Below, in pieces: positions 1-13,992 of a stretch of 64,000 bases of DNA. Made by a program: the position numbers and the translations under genes. Numbering within the stretch: the first letter of the stretch is position 1; every line of letters starts with the position of its first letter. Source of the stretch: the human T2T-CHM13v2.0 reference genome, Homo sapiens; the NCBI RefSeq assembly GCF_009914755.1, contig NC_060926.1. One strand, given 5' to 3'. The notes beneath the pieces are model-generated. The model was not told the origin of the DNA. It did no database searches and saw nothing but the letters and a program-made list of their open reading frames with translations.

Positions 1-110
1 AATTATATCAGAATGGATATCTCTTGATATTATTTGAGAAGAAGAATGATACAAATTACCTGAGTTGTGACATAATATTGTGAAGCAAGGTGTCAGTGGA
101 AATAATTTGA

Positions 111-462
<352 letters not shown>

Positions 463-1304
463 TGTATTTGTATTGATTGGCATAGCCAGAGGTTTGGGGT
501 CCTGCTATCTGGTAAATAGGCAGATATTCAGTAAATGTTTATTGAATTGTAATGTGAAATATCTTTAATGTACCAGAAAGTTGTAATATTTACCATATAA
601 TTTTTTATATTAATGAAGAAATGAAAGACAGCTTGTTTTTCTTTCAGCTCCAGTCTCACTTGCTCTGCCTGTGTTCTACTTGGTGTTGTTACCTTTACAT
701 TCTTCTGTTCCCACTGCCACCACCCTCTTTTAGTCAAGACTCTTGGTTCCAAATGATAGGAATACAGCTTAAATTGAATAGTTGATGGAATTTTGGGTTG
801 TCTGTAGGAAGGATGCTGAGATAGCATTATAGAATTGCAGGAAGGCCTGCAGGAACTAGGGTCTTGGGAACTATAAAACAGGGATATCACCCCATTAAAA
901 TCCACTCTCACTTCATTCTATTTTCTTGCAGACATGCTTTTGCCAAAAGGTCCAAGAAAATGCTGTCTGTAACTCCAGCCTCATGTCCTTCTTATACTAT
1001 GACCCAAAAAGACAAGATCATTTCTCCTGCCCTAAATTGGGACCAGTCAGTGCGCCCAGAGAAAGGAGGATATTGTGATCTGTCTGGTTTGGAGCTTATG
1101 CCAGTCCCCATGGCCACTAGCAGATAGGGGCATAGCAAAGAAGAGGCAAGGGGAGGCTTACCCTGGGGACTAAGTTATTAACTGCTGCTGTCCTCTCCTA
1201 GGCTCCATTGCCCTAGCCCTCTGAAAATTTTTCACTTCAGTCCAACTACTTACTGTTATCAGATTCAGCTTAAAATTTTTTTTTTCATTAAAAACATTTT
1301 TAAA

Positions 1305-1427
1305 AGAGAGACAGGGTTTTGCTGTGTTTTCCAGGCTGGTCATTGTCAGCCTCCAGGGCTTGAACAATACTCCTGCCTCAGCCTCTGGAGTAGCTGGGAC
1401 TGCAGGCGTGTGACACCACACTGGCCA
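1305..1427 (-). mobile_element. Alu monomer (FLAM/FAM-like)
   Basis: Single diverged Alu arm, antisense. Confidence 0.8.
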
Positions 1428-1899
1428 GATTCAGCGTTCTAAACCACACGTTGCATCATGATTTCCCAGTTACCTAGCCTTTAGTGGCCCCTCATTACGT
1501 ATATATAACAATGTCTAAACTTGATGTACTTTAATCTGGCTCCAGACTGCCTTCTCAATCTTATCTCTCAGTTTTTCTATTCACTGTTAAACTGAGCTAG
1601 TTGGCCTTCTAAGTTCTGAGAACACTTACATATTCCTCACTCAGTCATCTAAACTTTAAGTAAAAAATTTGTGGTAATACTCTTCAAATCATTGTTTGAT
1701 GTCTCAGGATCTCTGAAGGCCAGCAACTGAAGCATTGTAGCTACTCATTAGGGACTGGCATCTCTGTATCATTGTTGACAGAATGTACCAGTTTACATTT
1801 TTTTCAGTGGTAGTGATACCGAGTCTACTTCTCTGTGTAGTCACTTGTGACAGCTAATCAGAGGGAAACCTGGCTTAACTGTTGAGGCTTTGGCCCTGC

Positions 1900-2040
1900 A
1901 CTTATCTCATGGTGCTTTCAGAAAAATCAGTTGACTGCTTGAAGCTTCAGTTTCCTTTTCTGTAAGTTGAGAGTGAAGAGCACTATAATACTATCATCTA
2001 CCTCATTGCCTTTGAAAATTGATTATGAGGGTCAAGTGCA
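1900..2040 (+). mobile_element. MIR fragment
   Basis: MIR core-like cttcagtttccttttctgtaag...tctacctcat...ttatgagg. Confidence 0.6.
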
Positions 2041-2262
2041 GTAATACAGACATACCTCGGAAATACCTTGGGTTTGGTTCCAGGTGGCCACAATAAAGTG
2101 AATAATGCAATTAAGCGAGTCACATGAATTTTTTTGTTTCCTAGTGCATTAAAGTTGTGTTTATACTATACCATACCATATCATACTACACTATATTAAG
2201 TGTGTAAGAACACTGTGTCTTTAAAAGCAGTATACATACTTTAATTAAGGGATACTTTATTA

Positions 2263-2381
2263 CTATTCAAGAGGCTGAAGTCAGAGGATTACTTGAGCCC
2301 AGGAGTTTGAGGCTGCAGTGAGCTATGGTTGTGCTCCTGCACTCCAGCCTGAGTAACAGAGACCCCATCTCCCAAAAAAAA
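2263..2381 (+). mobile_element. Alu right-arm fragment nested in Tigger1
   Basis: gaggctgcagtgagctat...ctccagcctg plus A tail; actttatt(a/g)ct on both sides. Confidence 0.85.
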
Positions 2382-2474
2382 CCTAAAAACTTTATTGCTA
2401 AAAAATGCTAATGATTACCTGAGCCTTCATCTAGTCATATTCTTTTTGCTGGTGGAGGGTCTTGCCTTGATGTC

Positions 2475-2491
2475 TTGTTTTTGTTTTCTAA

Positions 2492-2534
<43 letters not shown>

Positions 2535-2550
2535 AGAAGTGGGATTTGAA
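2475..2550 (-). pseudogene. Putative retrocopy of tRNA-Leu(CAA) 3' end with (CA)20 and A-rich tail
   Basis: 13-bp direct repeat TTGCCTTGATGTC at 2462-2474 and 2551-2563; minus strand reads TTCAAATCCCACTTCTGACA-(CA)n-TTTAGAAAACAAAAACAA. Confidence 0.6.
2493..2532. repeat. (TG)20 microsatellite
   Basis: Perfect dinucleotide run. Confidence 0.97.
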
Positions 2551-3220
2551 TTGCCTTGATGTCAGTGGCTGCTTACTGATCAGAGTGGTGATTGCTGAAA
2601 GTTGGGGTGGCTGTGGCAATTTCTTAAATAACACAACAATGAGATTGTTGCATCCGTGGACTCTCCCTTTCATGAAAGATTTCTCTGTAGCATGTGATGC
2701 TGTTTGATAGCATTTTACCCACAGTAGAACCTCTTTCCAAATTGGAGTCAGTTCTCTCCAACCCTGCTGCTGCTTTATCAACTAAGTTTCTGTAATGTTC
2801 TAAGTCCTTTGTTGTCACTTCAACAATGTTCACAACATCTTTACTAGGACTAGATACCAAGAAACCACTTTGTTTACTCCTCCATAAGGAGTAACTTCTT
2901 ATCCATTCAAGTTTGATCATAAGATTGCAGCAATTCAATCACATCTTCAGATTTCACTTCTAATTCTTGTTCTCTTGCTGTTTTCACCACATATGCAGTT
3001 ACTTCCTCCACTGAAATCTTGGACTCCTCGAAGTCATCCATGAGGGATGGAATCAACTTCTTCCAAACTCCCTTTAATGTGGATATTTTGACATTCTTCT
3101 ATGAATCGTGAATGTTCTTAATGGCACTTAGAATGGTGAATCCTTTCCTGAAGGTTTTCAGTTTATTCTGCCTGGATCCATTAGAGTAATCACTGTCTAT
3201 GGCAGCTATAGCCTTACAAA

Positions 3221-3231
<11 letters not shown>

Positions 3232-3254
<23 letters not shown>

Positions 3255-3536
3255 AGACAGGGTCTTGCTGTGTCACCCAGGCAGGAGTGCAATGGTGCCA
3301 TCTTGGCTTATGCAGCCTTGACCCCCTGTGTTCACAGTGATCCTCCCACCTCAGCCTTCTAAGTAGCTGGGACCACAGATGCGTACTACCCCGCTTGGCT
3401 AGTTTTTTTGTATTTTTTGTAAAAACGTGGTCTTGCCATGTTGCCCAGAATGGTCTTGAACTCCCAGGCTCAAGCAATCTGCCCACCTCGGCCTCCCAAG
3501 TGCTGAGATTATAGGCTTGAGCCACTATGCCTGGTC
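3232..3536 (-). mobile_element. AluJ-type nested in Tigger1
   Basis: 16-bp TSD ACAAAATGTATTTCTT at 3216-3231 and 3537-3552. Confidence 0.93.
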
Positions 3537-4420
3537 ACAAAATGTATTTCTTAAAAAAAAAAAAGACTTTACGGTCAAAATTACTTCTTGATCCGTGGTC
3601 TGCAGAATGAATGCTGTGTTAGCAGTCATGAAAATAACATCTCCTTGTACGTCTCCATCAGAGCTCTTGAGTGACTACGTGCATTGTTAGTGAGTAGTAA
3701 TATTCTGAAAGGAATCTTTTTTCTGAGCAGTAGTTTTACGTAAAATATTAAGCGCACTGTGAATATTTTAAATTCAGCTGAGTATTTTAAATTCAGCAGG
3801 CCATGCTGTAAACAGATATGCTGTTTAGGCTTTGTTGTTCCATTTATAGAGCACGGGCAGAGTAGATTTAACATCATTCTTAAGGGCCCTAGAGTTTTCT
3901 GAATGGTAAATGAGCATTGGCTTCAACTTCAAGTCACCAGCTGCGTTAGCCCCTAACAAGAGAGTCAGCCTGTCCTTTGAAGCTAGGCATTGACTTCTCT
4001 CTAGCTGTGAAAGTCCTATTTTATGAGAACTCACAAACAAAAAATAAAGTCCTAGATGGTATCTTTTTCCGATATATGGCTATTTCATCTATATTGAAAA
4101 CCTTTTGTTTAGTGTAACCACCTTCATCAAATAGCTAGATTTTCTGGATAACTTGCTGCAGCTCATACGTCAGCACTTGCTGCTTCATCTTGTGCTTTTG
4201 TGTTAATGGAGACAACTTCTTTCTTTAAACCTCATGAACCAACCTTGCTTCAAACTTTTCTTCTGTAAACTTTCTCACCTCTCTCAACCTACATATAATT
4301 AAAGAAAGTTAGGGCCTTGCCCTCGATTAGGTTTTGGCTTATGGGAATGTGGTGGCTGGTTTGATCTTTTGTCCAGACCACCAAAACCTTCTCCATATCA
4401 GCAATAAGGCTGTTGTGCTT

Positions 4421-4734
4421 TCTTTTTTTTTTTTTTTTTTTTGTTTGAGAGAGAGTCTCACTCTGTCCTCCAGGCTGAGGCTGGAAGTGCAGTCGTACTA
4501 TCTTGGCTCACTGCAACCTCTGCCTCCTGGATTCATGCATTTCTCCTGCCTCAGCCTCCTGAGTAGTTGGGATTACAGGCGTGCGCCACTACGCCCAGCT
4601 AATTTTTGTATTTTTAGTAGAGACAGGGTTTCACCATGTTGTCCAGGCTGGTCTCGAACTCCGGACCTCAAGTGATCTGCCCAATTCGGCCTCCCAAAGT
4701 GCTGGGATTACAGGCGTGAACCACTGCGCCCGGC
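4421..4734 (-). mobile_element. AluS-type nested in Tigger1
   Basis: Antisense dimeric Alu with poly-T. Confidence 0.93.
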
Positions 4735-5771
4735 TGTGTTTTGCTTTCTTGTCATTTGTGTGTGCACTGGAGTAGCACTTTTAATTTCTTTGAAGAACTT
4801 CTCCTTGGCGTTCACAACTTGGCTAGCTGTCTGGCACAGGAGGCCTAGCTTTCAGCCTATCTTGGCTTCCTCTCTAAGCTTAAACATTTCTAGCTTTTGA
4901 TTTAAAATCAGATATGTGTGACTTTTTCACTTGAATACTTAGAGGCCATCGTAGGGTTATTAGTTGGCCTAATTTCAATATTGTGTGTCTCAGGTCATAG
5001 GGAGGCCTGCAGAGAGGGAAAGAGAAGGAATGGCCAGTGGTTGGAGCAGTCAGAACACAAGACATTTATCAATTAGTTAGTTTATCTGTCTTCTATGGGC
5101 ATGTTTCATGGCGCCCTGAAAGAATTCCACTAGTAACATTGAAGATCTCTGATCACAGATCACCATAACAGATATAAATAATAGTGAAAAAGTTTGAAAT
5201 ATGAGAATTTTCAAAATGTGACACAGAGACACAAGGTGAGCATATGCTATTTGAAAAATGGCACCAATAGACTTGCTTAATATAGGGTTGCCACAGACCT
5301 TCAATTTGTAAAAAATGCAGTATCTGTGAATTATAATAAAGTGAAGTGCAATAAAGTGATGCACAATAAAATGAAGTATGCCTGTAGATGTGAAAATGCT
5401 ATGGTATGCTAAAGATTACTGTGCAAATTTAAGGCATGTTACTATGCTTGAGCTTATATTTAGTTACTGTGTCTTCTTGGATGCTGGAATAGAGAACCCA
5501 GATTCAATGGCAATTAACTTTTGAAAATTTATGGGAAAGTATAAAGTAGTATATAATTTCACAGTAGTATTATTGTGAATGAGCTGTTTGGCTGAAGATG
5601 GGCTTCAAAGCTAAGATAAATACATTCACTTAACAATAATTTACTTAGTGCATCACATGGATAAGGCATTATACAGTTGAAGTATATCAAACCAAGCCTG
5701 GCTATAAGGCATTGTGAAATTATGTAAGATTTTATCAAACAACCAATTAATTTTATTCTTTTGTTTTATTG

Positions 5772-5903
5772 TTATTATTATTATTTTAGAGACAGGGTCT
5801 TGCTGTGTTGCCCAGGCTGGACTCGAACTCCTGGGCTCCAGCTGTCCTCCTGCCTCAGCTTCCCAAGTAGCTGGGACTACAGGCACACACCACCACACCT
5901 GGC
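5772..5903 (-). mobile_element. Alu monomer (FLAM-like)
   Basis: Single arm with (TTA)n tail. Confidence 0.85.
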
Positions 5904-6106
5904 TTGTTTTATTACTTCAAAAAAAATTTCATTTTATCTCCCCGCCATAGAACTGGATATTTAAAAATTATATTCTAGTTATTGATACCGAATTGAGTGA
6001 CATGGAATTTTTAACAGTAGCTTTTCTGATATTTGATGTTTCCAAAGGGAGTATTTTTGTTATAAAGAGCTTATTCTCATTACTGTCTGCCCCCTCCCCC
6101 ACCCAC

Positions 6107-6398
6107 TTTTTTTTTTTGAGTGCAGTCTTGCTCTGTCGCTCAGGCTGGAGTATAGTGGTGTGATCTGAGCTACTGCTACCTCTGCCTCCCGGGTTCAAGC
6201 GATTCTCCTGCCTCAGCCTCCCGAGTAGCTGGGACTACAGGTGTGCGCAACTACACCCGGCCAATTTTGTATTTTTAGTGGAAAAACAGGGTTTCACCAT
6301 TTTGGCCAGGTTGGTCTCAAATTTCTGACCTCAAGCAATCTGCCCACCTCAGCTTTGCAAAGTGCTGGGATTACAGGTGTGAGCCACTGTACCTGGCC
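6107..6398 (-). mobile_element. Alu (AluS-type)
   Basis: Antisense dimeric Alu. Confidence 0.92.
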
Positions 6399-6444
6399 TC
6401 TTTACTGTCCCTTGATGACCTTTTATTAAAATTTATTTCAGTGA

Positions 6445-6766
6445 ATTTTTTTTTTTTTTTTTTTTGAGACAGGGTCTCTCTCTGTCACCCAGGCTGGAGT
6501 GCAGTGGCGCAATTTTGGCTCACTGCAGTCCCTGCCTCCCGGTTGAAGCGATTCTTGTGTCTCAGCCTCCTGAGTAGCTGAGATTACTGAGATTGCTGTT
6601 ATTGCATATATACCACGCACAACCATGCCTGGCTAATTTTTGTAGTTTTAGTAGAGACAGGGTTTCACCATGTTGGCCAGTTTGGTCTCTAACTCCTAAC
6701 CTCAAGTGATCTCACCTCTGCCTCCCAAAGTGCTGAGATTACAGGTGTGAGCCATTGTGTCTGGGC
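6445..6766 (-). mobile_element. Alu (AluS-type) ending ~110 nt upstream of exon 2, with small internal insertion
   Basis: TSD TATTTCAGTGA on both sides. Confidence 0.92.
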
Positions 6767-6820
6767 TATTTCAGTGATTTAAGAGTCACTCAAAATATAA
6801 TCTGTAGTTAAGAAGCTATC

Positions 6821-6875
6821 TTTTTCTAATTACCTATTTAATTCAAATTTTTTGCTTTTTCTGTCATCTTTATAG
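6821..6875 (+). promoter_or_regulatory. 3' splice site of COMMD1 exon 2 (candidate branch point, polypyrimidine tract, AG)
   Basis: ttCTAAt near 6826, then ttttttgctttttctgtcatctttatAG. Confidence 0.85.
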
Positions 6876-7157
6876 TCTATTGCGTCTGCAGACATGGATT
6901 TCAACCAGCTGGAGGCATTCTTGACTGCTCAAACCAAAAAGCAAGGTGGGATCACATCTGACCAAGCTGCTGTCATTTCCAAATTCTGGAAGAGCCACAA
7001 GACAAAAATCCGTGAGAGCCTCATGAACCAGAGCCGCTGGAATAGCGGGCTTCGGGGCCTGAGCTGGAGAGTTGATGGCAAGTCTCAGTCAAGGCACTCA
7101 GCTCAAATACACACACCTGTTGCCATTATAGAGCTGGAATTAGGCAAATATGGACAG
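6876..7157 (+). CDS. COMMD1: COMMD1 (MURR1) internal coding exon 2, 282 nt / 94 codons, phase 0-0
   Basis: Translation SIASADMDFNQLEAFLTAQTKKQGGITSDQAAVISKFWKSHKTKIRESLMNQSRWNSGLRGLSWRVDGKSQSRHSAQIHTPVAIIELELGKYGQ is recognisable COMMD1 (WRVD begins the COMM domain); acceptor tttatAG at 6874-6875, donor CAG|GTGAGT at 7157/7158. Confidence 0.97.
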
Positions 7158-7163
7158 GTGAGT
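7155..7163 (+). promoter_or_regulatory. Consensus 5' splice donor of exon 2
   Basis: CAG|GTGAGT. Confidence 0.92.
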
Positions 7164-8041
7164 TAAACTTAAGTCAATTTTCCTTTGTAAACTGTATTTT
7201 TCACTACATGTTAGCTTGTCTATTCAGCTTGATTTTATGCAATAACAGCAACAGGAAAAGACACTGTTTCCTAGAATCCTTTTTCAGAGGTAGAATCATC
7301 TGAAAATTTGGATACTCTCACTTGTGGACAGAGTCTGGAAACTAGCCTCAGGGTCCTGGCAGCTGTCTCAGAAGAACAGAATGGGCCAATAATGTGATTG
7401 CTCAGAAGCTGACCACTACTGCATTTGGTTAGATCTCAAAATCCTTGGCATTTGTTCAGAATTTCCAAGGCAATGATAGAGATAATAAATAAAGACCAAG
7501 AATTTGGATTAAACAACACAATCTCATCCAGTCATCTTTAATAATCAGTCAGGTATAGGAGGCAGTGTATCTTAATTTACATTAATACATTGTTCGTAAA
7601 GACCCCTAAATGTGCTATCTCTGTCCTTGAGGTCACAAATAATTCTCAGTTTAATCTTATGTACAGTGCTTCTTTTCCCAACAGTTACAGCAGTCATTAT
7701 AGCAGATAATTTTAATGTCTATATGGTTTTTCTTGAAGTCATTCACTTTGTGTTCCAGATGACTGCCAGCTCAGACTTTTAATGATCTGGCTTATGTCTT
7801 TGGGGAAAAAAAAAGAAACTGGTAATTAGGAAGAGAAAACCCAGGTCAATGAATTAGCTAATCACATTTATTTTCAGATAAATAATCAAATAAGTGCTTC
7901 TATTATATCCTACAATAGAAATTTATTTCTTACTTGATGAGCTGTCAGATTTTCTTACATATTTTCTTTTATAGTTTCTTTAGATTTTTCAGTGTTTGCA
8001 GTTCTGTACTGACTTTAATTTTAATTTAAAAGATAATTCAG

Positions 8042-8355
<314 letters not shown>

Positions 8356-8364
8356 TTTTTTTTA

Positions 8365-9032
<668 letters not shown>

Positions 9033-9117
9033 ATTTAAATATGGAATACCTTTTATTCAGTTATTATAAAGTAGTGCTACTTGTACTTGTTGACTAGTTT
9101 GTCTGATCCTAAAGTCA

Positions 9118-9432
<315 letters not shown>

Positions 9433-9433
9433 A

Positions 9434-9779
<346 letters not shown>

Positions 9780-9815
<36 letters not shown>
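9780..9815. repeat. (CA)n microsatellite
   Basis: Perfect dinucleotide run. Confidence 0.95.
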
Positions 9816-9817
<2 letters not shown>

Positions 9818-10029
9818 AACAGATTAGAAAAGTTTAATAAGTACACTTGGATATCTAAGTTTTACCAGCTATTTATATCGGCTATTTAGTTTTCATCCTG
9901 CCAGCAGTGCTTATTTCATTTTGTCTATATTTAACATTTGGTCAGGAATATGAAAACATAATCTGTTTTAAGACTCCTAGAAAGCTATGATATTATTTCG
10001 TTAATACTGTCATAGGTTTCTAGGTTACA

Positions 10030-10330
10030 GGTTGCTCGCTTCTGTAATCTCAGTACTTTGGGAAGCTGAGGCAGGCAGATCACTTGAGGTCAGGAGTTTG
10101 AGACCAGCCTGGCCAACATGGTGAAACCCTGTCTCTACTAAAAATACAAAAATTAGCCGTGTGTGGTGGTGTGTGTCTGTAGTTCCAGCTACTCAGGAGG
10201 CTGAGGCACAAAAATCACTTGAGCCCGGAAGGCGGAGGTTGCAGCAAGCCAAGATCGGATCACTTCACTTTAGCCTTGGTGACAGAGTGAGACTGTGTCT
10301 CAGAAAAAAAGAAAAAGAAAAAGAAAAAAA
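10030..10330 (+). mobile_element. Alu (AluS-type)
   Basis: Sense dimeric Alu, 5' end eroded. Confidence 0.9.
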
Positions 10331-10471
10331 GTGTGACAATGATTGTATACATATGTCAAAACTTATAAAATTGTACACTTTATTATTTACAGTTTATTGT
10401 ACATCACATACTTCAAAGTAGTAAAGAAATAGTCACAATGAAAATGATTGATATTGCACTTTAGCCCATAA

Positions 10472-10775
<304 letters not shown>

Positions 10776-11194
10776 TATAAAATCCTTTTTAATACAAATA
10801 TATGAAGTCAAGAAAAGTTGTAAAGAATAAAGTAAACAATAATAGAACCTAGACTGGCAGTAAAATATATAGCCCACATCCTACAGGAAATGTTTTTGTG
10901 AGAACTGGATCCTTGGTTAGTACTTATGCCAGCTTCTAGGTTAGTGTTATTTATGAAATACTCTACTAAATCAAGTACCCAATTTTTAGAACACCTATAG
11001 GCACCCACATCAAAGTTGTTTTCACACTGCTGACATTGGATGAGCTTGTGAGAGAATTAACGATCCTAGGATATCAAGAAGTTGCTTCCAAGAAGGGTGA
11101 CCAGGTTTTTGTTGAACTCTGGTGTGTGTGTTTATGTCTATCTGTGTACCCCAGGGCAACTAAAGTACTGTCTTCAGTTTATATCATTTTAAAG

Positions 11195-11367
11195 CAGTAG
11201 TTCTCAACCATGGTCACACATAAGAATCACATTCAGAGCTTTAAACATGTTGATGCTCAGACCTTACCCCCAGCCAATTACATAAGAATCTGTGGGGATG
11301 GAACATAGGTATCGTTATTCTTTAAAGCTGCCCAGATGATTTCAGTATCCAGGGTTGAGAACCACTG
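11195..11367. mobile_element. MER5-family hAT-Charlie MITE
   Basis: TIRs CAGTAGTTCTCAACC / GGTTGAGAACCACTG; 8-bp TSD TTTTAAAG/TGTTAAAG. Confidence 0.85.
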
Positions 11368-11629
11368 TGTTAAAGGTAGCCAAAATAATTGGATTTGATG
11401 TGTTAATAGAACTTGGTATCATATTTTTACAACAAGAATTCAATATATGTTGGCATATTGCTTGTACTTGATGTAATTTGTAGAGTGCTTGAGATTGTTT
11501 ATTCAGGAACTAGTGAAGGTGGGTTTCTTTCATTTCCCTCACTCCCTATTTAAATTTCTCTCTCCTGTTCAGTTTGTCTGTATTACTTTTCTTTGGTCTA
11601 AAAAGTAACATTTGAAAATTGGAAGCCAA

Positions 11630-12538
11630 AGGGCTAATATCCAGAATCTACAATGAACTCAAACAAATTTACAAGAAAAAAACAACCCCATCAAAAAGTG
11701 GGCAAAGGATATGAACAGACACTTCTCAAAAGAAGACATTTATGTAGCCAAAAGACACATGAAAAAATGCTCATCATCACTGGCCATCCAGAGAAATGCA
11801 AATCAAAACCACAATGAGATACCATCTCACACCAGTTAGAATGGCAATCATTAAAAAGTCAGGAAACAACAGGTGCTGGAGAGGATGTGGAGAAATAGGA
11901 ACACTTTTACACCGTTGGTGGGACTGTAAACTAGTTCAACCATTGTGGAAGTCAGTGTGGCGATTCCTCAGGGATCTAGAACTAGAAATACCATTTGACC
12001 CAGCCATCCCATTACTGGGTATATACCCAAAGGACTATAAATCATGCTGCTATAAAGACACATGCACACGTATGTTTACTGCGGCACTATTCACAATAGC
12101 AAAGACTTGGAACCAACCCAAATGTCCAACAATGATAGACTGGATTAAGAAAATGTGGCACATACACACCACGGAATACTATGCAGCCATAAAAAATGAT
12201 GAGTTCATGTCCTTTGTAGGGACATGGATGAAATTGGAAATCATCATTCTCAGTAAACTATCGCAAGGACAAAAAACCAAACACCGCATGTTCTCACTCA
12301 TAGGTGGGAATTGAACAATGAGAACACATGGACACAGGAAGGGGAACATCATACTCTGGGGACTGTTGTGGGGTGGGGGGAGGGGGGGAGGGATAGCATT
12401 AGGAGATATACCTAATGCTAAATGACAAGATAATGGGTGCAGCACACCAGCATGGCACGTGTATATATATGTAACTAACCTACACATTGTGCACATGTAC
12501 CCTAAAACTTAAAGTATAATAATAATTAAAAAAAAAAA
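11630..12538 (+). mobile_element. 5'-truncated L1 (L1PA3-like): ORF2 C-terminus, 3'UTR, poly-A
   Basis: ORF 11796-12314 is the L1 ORF2p C-terminus (...[10 protein letters not shown]); G-rich tract; 16-bp TSD GAAAATTGGAAGCCAA at 11614-11629 and 12539-12554. Confidence 0.96.
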
Positions 12539-13643
12539 GAAAATTGGAAGCCAAGTACATACATAACCTTGTTTTCTAAATCACAGTATATATTGCGATA
12601 TCCTTTGAGATATGAGGAAGCCAGAGTAATAGAAGGCATTATACCTTAATGGAAATCTGCAAAGCTAGAGAAAATGAGTAGGAACTACTGACCCAATTAC
12701 TTTGCTTGTAGTGAATGTTTTTTCCAACAGAAGTAAAAATTTTGCAAAAATAAAACATGATTCAATTGTAAAAACATGCAGAAAGCTTTAAGGTGAATAT
12801 TTTATATCCAAAAGATGAACATCAAGTGCTTTGCTTATGAGACTGAAATCCTGTCATATTTGGCCATAAATCACTGTGAGATCTGAGCCATGAGGACTGT
12901 AGGAATCTGGCATATGTCTTTAGAAATGTTTTATATTTATTCACCTAACACCTTTGTTGTGTTTTCCTTTCCTGGAACTTCAGTAGAGATTATGATAGAA
13001 GTGTTTTCTTTTTTTAAACACTAACTGGGGAGAAGGGATGGTAATTTATACCTTCAGTGGAGTCTCATTTATGGTTATTTCTTCTTTTTAGGCTTGAATT
13101 TGGGTATTTTATAAAGATGTATTAGGTTTTCTTTTATGACTTCTTGTCCTTCAAGGCCAAAAGGACATTTTGTGAGGAAACATTTAGACTTAGTCTCAGT
13201 ACTGAACCATTTAGTACTGAATTGTTCTTGCACATAGATTTTAAGATGCCCTGCATGTAGAGATCCCAAAATATAAAACTCTTTTCTTTGTTGTTTTTTA
13301 ATTTATTTATTAATGGCTAATGTTATTGCCTTTTCTCAAGTAAGTTTTAGTTTAAGCACTTGTCTAGTTTTGGGTTGAGTTTTTAGCAGACCTATAGAGG
13401 AAGACAGATTTTTATATTTTCTGATCTAGTTGTTTTTTTAACCAACTCATATGCTCACTCCTGTCATTTATAAGCAATTAGATGAGGGGGATATTCACTG
13501 ACCATACATTACAGAATCAAAATAGGTTGGGTTCTGTATTAAAAACTCAGCAATTTTGTCTGAAACATAGATAAACCTCTAATCTCGAGGGAAAGTATTC
13601 ATTTATTTTTAATTTCTAAATTTCTTTTGAAATAAACTAAATA

Positions 13644-13992
13644 CAATCATGCTCTGCATAATGACATTTCAGTCACTGATGGATCACATATACGATAGTT
13701 GTCCCATAAGATGATAATACTGTATTTTAAAGGTAACTTTTCTATATTTAGATATGTTTAGTTACACAAATATAATACTTATCATTGTGTTGCAGTTGCC
13801 TACAGTATTCAGTACAGTAATGCCCTGTACAGGTTTATAGCCTAGAAGCAATAGGCTATACCATATAACCTAGGTGTATAGCAGGCTACACCATCTAGGT
13901 TTGTGTAAGTACACTCTATCATGTTCACACAATGAATCACCTAATGGCACATTTCTCAGAAGGTATCCTCATCGTTAAGCTATGCATAACTA
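13644..13992 (+). mobile_element. Tigger3a-like non-autonomous element (~349 bp)
   Basis: TA|CAATCATGCTCTGCATAATGAC ... ATGCATAACTA|TA; internal GTCCCATAAGAT and CCATCTAGGTTTGTGTAAGTACACTCT. Confidence 0.88.

Larger units (their letters stand above)
2047..5384 (-). mobile_element. Full-length Tigger1 (Tc1/mariner-pogo DNA transposon), dead transposase, several nested insertions
   Basis: TA|CAGACATACCTC at left, GAAGTATGCCTG|TA at right (TIRs plus TA TSD); minus-strand ORF fragments [28 protein letters not shown] and [29 protein letters not shown] are Tigger1 transposase; about 2.4 kb after removing insertions. Confidence 0.95.

Noticed and set aside
6894-7166. 90-aa ORF as a standalone gene
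   Set aside because: It is COMMD1 exon 2 read from an internal Met and running 9 nt into the intron
11796-12314. 172-aa ORF as a host gene
   Set aside because: C-terminus of L1 ORF2 in a 5'-truncated copy, with a frameshift just upstream
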